A stretch of DNA of 64,000 nucleotides from Utricularia gibba (lineage: Eukaryota; Plantae; Magnoliophyta). The notes under the pieces are model-generated. The model worked only from the letters and a program-made list of their open reading frames with translations. It searched no databases and was not told the DNA's origin. The DNA is taken from assembly GCA_002189035.1 (NCBI GenBank), contig NEEC01000018.1, positions 1,736,001-1,800,000 of the forward strand. The letters run 5' to 3'. Shown one piece after another: positions 42,001 through 53,525 of this stretch (positions are counted from its first letter, which is position 1; the number at the start of each line of letters is the position of its first letter). A program made the translations under genes and the position numbers.

Positions 42001-44398
42001 AAAATGAGAAATTGAAGAATGGCATAGGACCATAATGTTTGCTAAAACCAACATAAATACAAACACTGGTCATTACCATTCACAAAATCATAATATGCAC
42101 TGGAAATACGAAATGAACTTCCCTTGAGAAGTGCAGGAAAATCGGCATAAGTAGGAAAACAGCAAAAGGGATACTGTGAAGTATGAGGCCTAGCCTTTTT
42201 GAGTAAAATACCTGAATGGGAAGCATCAAGAGTATGTGCATAAATCAACTTTGTTGCTTTGTTAAAAAAAAAATTGAATGATGAATGAAACAAAAACTTC
42301 AGATCACGCGCAGATTTTCTTACCATAAATTGTGCATAAAAATCAAAGAAGTATGGTCTTTCACTATCACTGGGAGAAGCTCCATTGGATTTTATTCCAT
42401 GTGCATTCCATAGCCAGGCAGAGTTAGCAAAAGACTTCATCAGACTGACCAAATTTTCCCCACGAACTTGCATGCTCCCTGGCCTTGCAAATACAAATTT
42501 CAGAAATTAAAGCAACCCTCAGATGTAAACAAGATCTAACAGAAGTAAAATTGCATGTATACCAAAATAGTAGTTGAAGCATACAATAATTTTTCCACCG
42601 TATCAAACGATGTGTGATAGTAATAGCCACCTAGCAGGAAGATGATATCCAAGCCAGGAATGTTTCCAAAATCAGCAGAAAACATTCTGTAATCTGTATC
42701 ACCTGGAACAGCACCAAAAAAATCCTGCAACGTATAAAAAAGCTACATTGAACACAATGGCTTGACGGATAAAACTGTTCAAAAGTGAAGGAGATGGCAA
42801 GCATATCGGGGAAAACTGAAAAACACCATATGCTGCAATAATAAGAGACTGTTAAATTTCCATTATCATTGATTCAGCTATTCATTATTATTTCACACCG
42901 CTACCTTCTTTTCTAAAGTGGCTTTTTTGATAAGGAGCCTTCCATAAACATAAGAAAGCTAAACATAAAACCTGAGCCGCACTGTTTCCCATAGGATATG
43001 GAACAGATTTCGCATATACGGAGGCAGGCCAAGATCCAGGTCCAGATTGGCACACCAAATCTATTAAGACATTATAAGAGCATAGCCATAACGTTCATTA
43101 GTGGGATATCAAAGAGAATATCGAATTCACCCTCTTCATTAGCAGGCATACCGAAGCCTCCTGTCCCCGACGCTTCAAGATTAATAAAAGCTTTGATTTT
43201 GTCACGCCATGGATGTGTTGTAATGAAACCATGTGACCCCTGGGGTCACACCAAAAGTAGGCGCTGAATCATAAAGGATATCCACAAGTGGCTACTATAT
43301 CCACATGCCCCCAAGATAATTCAGTAACATAGCGAAATATAGTGAGCCACTGGCATCAAGAAAACTAAGGTCCAATACAAGAAAAGAAACAATGGATTAT
43401 GAATTCTCACCAGCATAAATAATTCTTCAGCTCCATTAAATAAGAATATGATTGGATGAGGAGGAACCCAACCAGAATCAACGGAAAGTCTGGCCACTTC
43501 CAACAACGATGCTGTTAAGTGAGTAAAAACTGAAGGTTAAGACCAAACTCAGTAAACAAGAAGATGAATAAAGTGACCCACCAACACATGAGCCACAGTC
43601 ACCAGCACCGGGAGACCCGACTGCAGTATCAAAATGACTATTTAACAAAATGGATGGATCATCTTCTTGTGAATCAACAGATGCAATCCTGTAAGTAGTC
43701 CCAAATAGTGTTCATCATTCTTTTCATAACTTCTATCAGAACAAACAAATACAGGTCACAGAAACTTCCACAGAATCAAGCTCAAATCGTCAACAACCTC
43801 ATCAGAATGTTTGTGTGCCCTCTGTACGTCAGAGATATGCCATGCCCTAAAAACTTCATACTGAAGGAGCCATTTACAACTGTTTCTTGAATTTCTACGC
43901 TGGTACACATTCATCAACGTTGAAAGTCAAATCAAGCATTTACATCCATCAGCACTAACCTCACATTTATCACTGATCAAATGTTCAAGCGTTGGCTACA
44001 AACCTAAAATTTGGACCAGCTCTATTTTTTATTATTCCCAATTGTGATTTGATGTACTCTGCTGCTTTTTTCAAACCTTGAGTCCCTTCCTATTCATCAA
44101 ACAATGACAAAAGTTGCACCTTATAATTACATGGAATGAGTTCCACACAGCAAGTAACGAATCCCATTCTACCGTTCCATACCTGGCGTCCACCGATTTC
44201 TCCAGCTAGAACACGAACGTGCTCAATGGCTCTGGCCTCCGAGAATCGGTCCAAGGGAGCATCGTCGCCAAGAGGAGTGACGAACTTCATCTGGATAACA
44301 AAATACGCACTGTATGATATCAAACCATACAGCGCCAGAAGCCCAAAGAGCACCTTGAACCCATTGACGTCGTCAGCGCTCGGCCTGAGGAGTGCCAT
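39028..44398 (-). CDS. ERMP1: Endoplasmic reticulum metallopeptidase 1 (M28 family, multi-pass); many small exons
   Basis: [57 protein letters not shown]|[75 protein letters not shown]. Individual exon boundaries were not all resolved. Confidence 0.9.
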
Positions 44399-44921
44399 GA
44401 TCCTGGCAGACTGCTAAAGGAAGAAATCACTGACTTCCCAGTTTACAGAGTCTGCGATTCGGAAGAGCCTGGAGCTTCGTGATTAAAAAACAGAGTCTTG
44501 GGCACGACGGCCCAAATTCATATGTTTAAAAATACTCTTAGACCCGTCCAGCATGCATTATTTATTTTGGTGGGAATAAGGTGAATAAATAAATAAATAA
44601 AATAAAAAGTTTCGTGGAATCCGATGGAGGTATTAGCGCTCTATGGAAATAAAAAAATGAAAAACGACGTCATTTGATGCGTTGCTATATTTCTCACCAA
44701 AAGCCTACCTCGGTGAGTTCCGTTTAGGTTTTTGTTCTCGTGCTCAATGAAATGGAGACACGTGGAAATATCCTTTTTTGCTGCTTTGAATTAAAAAATC
44801 CAATTTGCTTTTGGCGCATATTTGATTCCGACTCCCACGCGCCACACCCTTCTTCAATAAAAGACACCCCATGATTCTGTCCCGCGATTTCCCCACTTTA
44901 CGCACTGAACTTTTCACGCCA

Positions 44922-46119
44922 TTAAAACCCTACACCGCCCCGAAGTAGATCGTCGCCGACTTCCTCACCGTCGCCTTCCTCCACGTCAACGACCGGTGAA
45001 CACTCCATCTTGTGCCTCAGTTTCCAGTCAAGAGCTTGGCAGGCACGTGAGCAGTAATTCACAGCTCCACAAACGGAGCATCGCCGAAATTCATGCCGCC
45101 GTGTCTCCGACCGTCCGCAATGTGAGTGGGAGCACAATCTGAGTCCAGAACATGGATTGGATTCTCCGGAAAACCATTCCGATAAGAACTGATTCACCGG
45201 GTGAACTACCGTCGTCGACGCTACACAACCAGGAGTATCTCCCACGCCGCCGGGGGGAACGTGGGGGAGGGATTATTCTCCCTGAAGACAACGGCGACCT
45301 CGAGGGCATTGGCCTGGAATAATAACAGGCGCCCAAGGGCGATGTTTTTCTTGACGCCGTATCCGTCTTGTAGGCAGTGGCCGAGTTCTCGGAGCGCGTC
45401 AACGTGGCCGAGAAAGGCGGCGCGTGCACACAAAGCGACACCAGTACGGAGATCCTTGTCCTTTTTGGTACCTCCACTGCCGTTGAACTCGATAACCGCT
45501 AGCGAATACAGAGCCTGTGCGTGCCCCTCTACCGCGGCCTTCGCCATTAACCCCGCTCCACTCATTCTTTTCTGCAAGCAGTAGAACTGAATCTGCAACA
45601 AGAAAATTGCCATTCAGCAAACGGTATCTCAAAATTTCCAAAAAGAAAACAAATACCATGCCGAGTGTATAGCAGGCCTCCGGATTCCCAGATTCAGCAC
45701 AGCGTACAAGAAACTTATGTGCAGATCCGGACCAGTTTTTAGCCTTGACCGCCATTATTTTCGGCGACGCCGCCTTCAAAACCTGCGATTCGAGGCATAG
45801 TCCATTCAATCTTCTGCATCTGTAGAAAAAAAACAGGGAAACCAAACAAATCTCAAAATCGACAACAGTGCACCAAATCAATGACAAAAAACGGACAAGT
45901 ATCTTCTCACGTTAACGACAGATTAACGAAATCAGCCGGACAATCCGCGGTTGCGCTAAGCCTGCAGACGACGATTAGAACAAGATCGTCAGGAAGAACA
46001 TCAAAGAAATCAAGTCCAGCGGGAATCGCAGATTCCATGGAGTCTTTTTCACCGGAGATCTCAACTCCGGCATCGTTGAAATCATATCCGGTACGGATCT
46101 CCAGCCTCTTCCTCTTCAT
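44922..46119 (-). CDS. F-box protein with SEL1-like repeats and MYND zinc finger (At1g67340-like); exons 46119-45911, 45821-45657, 45592-44922, with an apparent -1 frameshift near 45255
   Basis: FDVLPDDLVL, WSGSAHKFL.RCAESGN.EACYTLGM, AA.EGHAQALYSLAVIEFNGSGG, AFLGHVDALRELGHCLQDGYGV, LRLCSH..CGR.ETRRHEFRRCSVCG.VNYCSRACQALDWKLRHK.EC. Confidence 0.92.
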
Positions 46120-46676
46120 GGCGGCAAGGCTCAGAGAGATAACCCTTCTTTAGTAGTCCTGAACAAGGACTGAAATATATATATAGCCGTCTTCATCCTG
46201 TGCTTAACGTTCAAAAGAGATAATTGAAACCGGCGGCCCCTACGAAAGATAAATGTATGGGAGAGAACGCAAAGTGGAACTTCGGTTTCCAATAAAATAT
46301 CCTTTTTCTTAAGAAGTTACCAAACTACCCTGCTGCCTTGATTAATAATCTTCCACGATGTCGCGGGCCCACGCTTTTCTGTTTCAACAACGAAAACGAC
46401 TAGGGCATTTCTGTAATTTCAATTCGTTATTTATTGGTGAACATTTTGTGTTCATGACTGTCTTATCCTTAGTTAGGGAAGTCATAGTATTTTCTGTGTA
46501 TCGCTCTGACGAGACTCGAGTGCCCACCCTTCGCCCCTTTCCGAGCTCAAACAGAATCAAGGGTATGGCGACGAGCCAACCGCCCGAAGCTCCCAGCAGT
46601 TCTGTCTCTGCATCTCCGATTCTGATTTCTTTGTTCGTTTCTTTGGCAGCGAATTCGATCTCGAGAATCGAAGGAG

Positions 46677-46886
46677 ATGGCTGATTGGGGACCGGTGGTG
46701 ATAGCGACTTTGCTGTTCGCAGTGCTTACTCCAGGGCTCGTCTTCCAATTGCCTGGCCAGAATCGAGTCGCTGGTTTCGGGACTATGCAGACGAGCGGGA
46801 TCTCCATTTTAGTCCACGCAGTCATCTATTTCTGCCTCATCACCATTCTCCTCGTCGCGCTCGGCGTTCATATCTACGTTGGCTGA
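46677..46886 (+). CDS. DUF3339 small membrane protein (69 aa)
   Basis: MADWGPVVIATLLFAVLTPGLVFQLPG...GTMQTSGISILVHAVIYF.LITI..VALGVHIY matches the characteristic family pattern. Confidence 0.93.
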   Translation: MADWGPVVIATLLFAVLTPGLVFQLPGQNRVAGFGTMQTSGISILVHAVIYFCLITILLVALGVHIYVG

Positions 46887-47490
46887 TGTCTGATTTGAAC
46901 TCAGTTGAATCAATCGTTTGCTGTTCATCGCGATTTGATGATACAGTGAATTTCTGCTGTAAACGTCGTCGTTTTAAGCGAGAATCGCCGTTGGGGCCAA
47001 AAAGCCCGAAAATTAAAGGGCTTTCGAAGACACAATTGGGCTTCAAATGGTCCTTCGGGCTCACTCCGGTTCGTTGGCTTACCTGGGGATTATTTTATCC
47101 GGTTCAAGGAAATTATGGATTATTAATTGGTGCTTTTTATAAAGCTTTAATTAAAGGTAAGGGACTCATTTTTCAAAAAGGAAAAGCAAGAGAAACAAAA
47201 GGCAGTGGAGGGGGTGGGCACTGCAACGGCTCTCTCCTTGAGGCACGACATCTTGCCCGGCGGTAGCCGTCGGAGGAGCGTCGCCGTTGTCTGCGCTGAG
47301 ACTGCCGGAACCGGTGGCACGAGATATATATATGTTCACCCCTTTCTTCGTTTAGTCATAGGGATTGCTACCGCTCTCATCCTCATCTGCTCATTGGTGG
47401 AAAAGAATCGAAGGATAATGAAATAAATCTTCGATTTCGGTTCTTTTGAGTGTCTAGAGTTTTCATTGTGGAGGTAGCCAGTGTGTAGAA

Positions 47491-50038
47491 ATGCTGGTCA
47501 GCAAACAGGCGTCCGCGTTGAGGGAGGATCAGGCTTCTCTTGGATCGGATCAGACTACATTGTCTGCTCCTTCGTCGTCGTCGTTTTTGTCGTGGATTCC
47601 ACTGAGATCGGTTCTATTTATAATTTCTTCGTCTTCCCTGCCGGTTTCACCTGATCGGTTAGTTATTCATTGGCTATAATTTGTTTTTTAATTTTTCCCT
47701 TAAGATTTTGCACTGCCTTGGTATGGAGGTTTATAGGGGTTGTTTGAATTAGTGGTTTTGTCTGGAGGATTTGCACCATCATTACTGATTCATGGATGGC
47801 GACTTTGGGAAATTTGTTCTTCTCTTAAGATTGCTTCAAGGAGACCATCGTTCTTGCTTTTTGAGTTATTCTAGTGAAAAACCCTTCTTTTCGATCTAAA
47901 GTGCGATCACAATTAAATTCCGACGATGTAGGTGTCTCATTATATTGTATTGCAGTGTAAGCCTTAAATCACCATGGCCTAGAAGGGGAAGTAAGCATTC
48001 ACTTCTGGCAAAACAGTGGAGGGAGCTTTTTGACGTGGATGGGAAGTTTTCTGATGATGGAGCCAAGTTTCTAAAGAAAATTCGAACCGGGGTATTTACA
48101 TTATTTATGGTCATTAAGTTGTATAGATGTAACATGCACACCCTGGTCCAAACTCTAGTTGTAAAGCAACCCTTGTAACAGTGCAGGACCTGCATACTCT
48201 AGATCTGTTGACTTAGTTTGTTTGTGTAATTTGACGCATGATTTTTTGACCCACCCAAAGCCACAAATTTTGTTTTAGCTGTTGAACTGATGCAGGGTAT
48301 TGAGCCTAGCTTGAGGTCCGAGGCTTGGCCTTTTCTTCTGGGAATGTAAGCTCTTCTTGAAAGGATCCCAAAAACTCTTCATCTGTGTGTTCTATATATG
48401 CCTCCTAAAATTAGATTATCAATCTGATGAGCTGTCTTTTTCCTGCGAACATGCTGGAGAAATTATTTATTTATAATGTGCTGTGCTAGATCTTTTTGTT
48501 TTTTTTGTATAAACCCAAATTTTTCTAGTTCTAATACATTTTTATTTTCATATCCTGCATTGCAGGTATGATGTGAAGAGTACAGAAAAAGAAAGACTCG
48601 CTATTAGAGCACAAAAGCGGTATTTTTTTTTATTTTTTTGTAAAACCATGGTCCTATTTGTTGTAGATGAGATGTTTGTGGAATTATCACACATTATGCA
48701 TCATTCGGTGTGTTTCTGTCTACATTTTTTAAGAGTTTTTATTTGTATGATGTTCAAACACATATGGATTTATATCTTTCCTTGCTACAGAAAAGAATAT
48801 TTTGTGTTATGGAGACAGTGTCGACGGATTTCTGGATGTGATTATGGGAGTCCAAGACAAAAAGAGATACCGTTAAGCAATGGCACTTATGTTAATGGGG
48901 ATGACTGTCGAGCGTTCGATCTTCTTAACTTGGATGTGGTTTCTAGTGCTAGGCATTTTGTTCCAACAGACGTCACCAGCTTGTCAGGGGAGCTTATTTA
49001 TAAAGATGGGTCAAGTGCGTACTCGTGTTCTTCCTGGGAGACATCGGAGGCGACAGGAAACGATGGTGCTATTTTTGGTGACATTGTTTCTGAAGCTGAA
49101 ACAGTGTCCTTGGATTCTGACTCATCTGATGATCCTGATTACGAAAAATCATGTGGTAGTTCAGTAATGAAAACAGAGGAGAATCGCACTTATGAGCCTT
49201 TTGAAGCTACTTCTCCAGGGAAGTTAGATGGACTATGTCGACCTGCAGGCTTCACTACATGGCAGAAAATCATACGCCTCGATGCCACACGAATTCATAA
49301 AGAATGGATAATCCATTCCCCATCCCAAGCTTCTGTATCATTAGAAAAGGCTCAACATTTAGCTGAAACTGTGGGATTGAAGGATTATGATCATCTTGAG
49401 CCTCCCAGTATTTATCATGCAGCTCGTCTAGTAGCTATTCTTGAAGCATATGCTCTGTATGATCCCGAGATTGGCTACTGTCAAGGTATGAACGAATTGC
49501 TGTCTCCAATTATTTCAGTGATTGAGGAGGATGATGTCGCCTTCTGGTGCTTCGTCGGTTTCATGCGCAAAGCTCGGCACAACTTTCGACTAGATGAAGT
49601 TGGGATCAAAAGGCAGCTCAGCATTGTGTCAAAGATAATCAAGTGCAAGGATACGCGTCTCTACAACCACCTGCAGAAGCTCCAGGCCGAAGACTGCTTC
49701 TTCGTATACCGAATGGTGGTGGTTCTGTTCCGGCGAGAGCTAAGTTTGGAGCAGACCCTCTGCCTCTGGGAGGTTCTGTGGGCCGATCAAGCAGCTATTC
49801 GAGCTGGTGTAGTCAACTCCCGGCGGGGAAGGATCAGAATGAGAGCTCCCCAACAGAAGATCTCCTGCTTTATGCCATAGCAGCGTGTGTTCTACAGAGG
49901 AGGAAGATGATCATCGACAGTCACTGCAGCATGGATGAAATCATGAAGGAGTGCAACGACATGGCCGGAAACCTCAACGTGTGGAAGCTCCTTGACGACG
50001 CTCATGATCTGGTAGTCACTCTTAACGGGAAGATTTAG
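47491..50038 (+). CDS. TBC-domain Rab GTPase-activating protein (Gyp7/TBC1D15-like); exons approx. 47491-47657, 47957-48090, 48296-48345, 48566-48619, 48791-50038, with an apparent -1 frameshift near 49850
   Basis: SWIPLRSVLF, LKSPW.RR, GIEPSLR.EAWPFLLG, IIRLDA.R, LEAYALYDPEIGYCQGM, WCFVGFM.KARHNFRLDE, DCFFVYRMVVVLFRREL, (P)TEDLLLYAIAA.VLQRRK, LLDDAHDLVVTL. Confidence 0.92.
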
Positions 50039-51107
50039 CAGAAGCAAGCAGCCATCCCCAAGTCGTCTTCTCCCAGCTGAACGCCGCTGCAGAAGAAGCG
50101 TGATGTGTAGCAGTAAGTAGATGCTGTAGCTTGGAGTCTCTTCTTTTGGGGCTTTTCATTGGTGCATTGCATTCCTTTGTAATTGTGCGAATGAGCAAGT
50201 TCACTTCCAGAAAACGGCCGGCTGGATCAACGATCGGAATGTTCGCCGGCGGGGAGAAGAGCAACCCCCGTGGTTTAAAGAAATATTAATTAATATAAAT
50301 TAAAAATAGTATTAATTAAGCCATTTAAAAGGGGGGGAAAAAGCTCAACAGAAAAAGAGAAGACCACGGGGCGGGAAGGTGTGCGCGGCTGCCGCATGGC
50401 TGCAGTGTTTTAGGGTGAGCAATTTGTGTGCTTCAGTGAGACTCTGCTTCTTCTCGAGCGTGAAATGGGGAGAAAAGCCCTAATTTCCATCGATGGGTGA
50501 GCAATCTATGTGCGCGTCTCGTGGAAATAGGAGAAACCTCGGGTATTGCGGGTGAGTATTGTGAAGTAGATGCCTGTGAAAGCTTTTTGTCTTCAGTTTG
50601 GTTGTGTAGACATTGGGGAAGACGAAGAGTGAATTGTTGTTGTTCCTTTCGGAGCACTCAAGTTTTTTTCCTGCCGCATTAATGGAGATTGTGATATTTC
50701 TAAGCATATTTGTCATTGAATGTGATTATATTCTTTCCCGGTGAAAAAGATATTCGACAACGTGTTTTTCTCGGCAAATGTTTTTTTTTGTCCTAAATCT
50801 TTGATTTTTGAGATACGACCAGAGTGCTTCTTGGCAATCTGAAAAAGGAACCACTGTGTTAGGGAGTAAGTGAGTCATGCAGATTTTGGAAGCTATCTTG
50901 AAGGTGACGGATGCACTGGGTCAATAGTAAGGAACACTCGATAGATTTCGGAAGTTGTGATGAATTTCTTGTTTTTTATTTTTTATTTTTTACTTTTGAT
51001 CTTCTGTATGTGCCAGTACTCTAGTTATTTAGGGTGGATTGATGAACCTTACGTGTTTGAGAGAAGTTCAATATTTCCTTAACGCTTTCAATGCAGTTTT
51101 CAGGGCA

Positions 51108-53525
51108 ATGGATTCTAATCTGAGAGATGAACAGGATGTGAGTTCATCACAAGCAAATCGGCCACTATGGAATTATGTCACAAAGATAGGAAAATGTGCA
51201 AGAGGTGGGAATGTATCATTCGTTTGCAATTATTGTCAAATGAAGTACATGGGATCGTACTCAAGAGTAAAAGCGCACTTGTTACGGATAAGTGGAAAGG
51301 GGATAAGGGCATGTTCAAGTATTAATGCTTCAGAAGTAGCAGAGATGAGGAGACTAGAGGAAGAAGCCTCAAAGAGAATGGACAATGGTACACGTGATTT
51401 GGTTCCGGTACCAGATCCTTACTCTAGCCAAGCATCCTCATCGCCTGCATGCACCCCATTGATAGCACCTGTGTCTATGCGTTTACCTTCCCCAGAAAGG
51501 CAATGTTCTGGATATAAAAGAAGAAAACATGGTAATCAACTTACATTAGACGAGATGTTTGCTGGTGCAATAAACAGAGAAGAACTGGATTTGTCATTCG
51601 CACGAATGTTTTACTCCTGTGGCCTTCCTTTTAATTTTGCACAGAACCCGTACTTCAGAGATGCGGTCACGATTCTTGCTTCGAAAAGGCTTCCAGGTAT
51701 ATGTTCTTGCAACTTAGGTGCTTGTTTCAATTTTTGCTCTTTAAAAAAAACCGTTTCAGCTGTTAATTTTAGGATATACTCCACCAACTTCTACTGCATT
51801 GAGAACATCATTGCTGAAAAAAGAAAAGGCCCGCATAGAGACCTCATTGCAGCCAATAAAAGATACATGGGAGAAAAAAGGTGTGACAATTGTAGTTGAT
51901 GATTGGACTGATCCTCAGGGATGTCCTGTGATCAACTTTATGGCCGCGAATGACAGTGGAACAATATTCTTACAATCTGTCATTTGTGGGGAAGAGACTA
52001 AGAATGACCTGTTTATATCTGAGCTGATTAAAGGAGTAATTCATAGTGTTGGATTTTCAAATGTTATTCAGATTATCACAGAGAATGATCCAGTTTGTCA
52101 AAGGGCTGGTAAAATCATAGAAGATACATTTCCTCAGGTAAAAACCTCCATGCTTTGCTGTTATTTGTCACCTCACCATGTTCCTTTTGAATCGATTCTG
52201 ATATCTTATATTATTTACACAGATATCTTGGACTCCAAATGTAGTGCATAATCTTGACCTTGCTTTAAAAAGTATTTTTGCTGTCAAGGAATCAAATGAA
52301 GTGCTACTGGAGGAATGTTACTGGATCAGCAACATTATGAGCACCGTCAAAATGATAAAAAATTTCGTCATAAACCATACAAATGCAGTAGACATATTCA
52401 CTGAACTTCCTGTCCTGCAGCTTCTAGAACTTCCAGACACTAGATTTGCATCATCCATTGTGACGTTGAAGCGGTTCAGATCACTCATGTACGCGCTGAA
52501 AAGAATGGTCATCCATGAGCTGTGGCCTTCATGGAATGATGATAAGACCGAGGCTTCCTTGATGAGAACAAGGATATTGGATATGGATGATTCTCTAAGG
52601 GATGCCATCGATTATATCCTTGCTTTTACAAAGCCAATTTATGACATGATGAGAGTATGCAACTCAGATGACCCTTCTCTGCATCTAATCTATGAAATGT
52701 GGGACTCCATGATGATGAATGTCAAGGCTGCTATATTCTCCCATGAAATGAAAAGCATGGACGAGGAGTCCCCCTTTTGGAATGCAGTGTCTAGAACCTT
52801 GAGTAGTAGATTGGCAGAGAGCACCACACCACTCCATGCAGTAGCTCACTCACTCAATCCCAGGTTTGAAAACACGCAGTGTCTCTCTCACCTGAGAATA
52901 ATTTTCCGTTTTCTAGTTGTTGATGTGTGCTACATTTTCCTGTAGGTGTGCAACACGAGAATGGAAGGAAGAACACCCCAACCTACTGCCCCTCGAATCC
53001 GATGCCACAATAGCAAGTCTGAGGAATCAGTTCCTACTGCGTTACTACCCCGACGACACCACACGCACAGAGGTGAAGCAAGAGTTTGCCAAGTTCATGG
53101 GATGCCTTCATGATTTCGGGACTCCAGAATCCATAAGGTATCGGCTTCTGTTGTCTCCAATAGAATGGTGGTACACCTTCGGATACCTGGCTCCCTATCT
53201 CCAAAAGCTAGCCTTCAGGATACTGGGGCATGTGTCCTCCTGTGCGTGCCAACGGAACTGGGCCACCTTCTCCTTCATCCACTTAGCCTTCAGAAGGAAC
53301 GTGGACTTCGCTCAGGATCTGGTGTTCGTCCACAACAATCTCCGCCTCATCTCACGGCGGTCCAAGGAATACACCGAGGGAGAATCCATGCTGTGGGATG
53401 TCGCCGGAGACGGCTTCGATTCACCGGACCCGGTTGCCCTTCTGAAAGATGCGCGCTTATCATTAGATGAGCCTGAATTTCAGGCTGCTGTGTTTCCCTA
53501 CGACCCCTGCGACATCCCGTCGTAG
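51108..53525 (+). CDS. hAT-transposase-derived protein (BED finger, DUF659, hAT dimerisation) with altered catalytic motifs; exons 51108-51696, 51773-52137, 52223-52863, 52946-53525
   Basis: PLWNYV...CNYC..KYMGSYSRVKAHLL, RMFYSCGLPFN...NPYF, G|YTPP, W.KKGVTIV.D.WTD, TRFAS, PLHAVAHSLNPR, P.EWW..FG...P.LQKLA.RIL, QDLVFVHNNLRL.SR. Three GT-AG introns give one uninterrupted reading frame. Confidence 0.9.

Noticed and set aside
46685-47266. 193-aa ORF overlapping DUF3339
   Set aside because: Off-frame to the clear DUF3339 gene and runs through promoter site II motifs; no homology pattern.
47205-47426. Hydrophobic ORF as an alternative membrane-anchored first exon of the TBC gene
   Set aside because: No GT donor in the phase needed to join the exon at 47957, and it starts at GTG. 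Treated as leader sequence.
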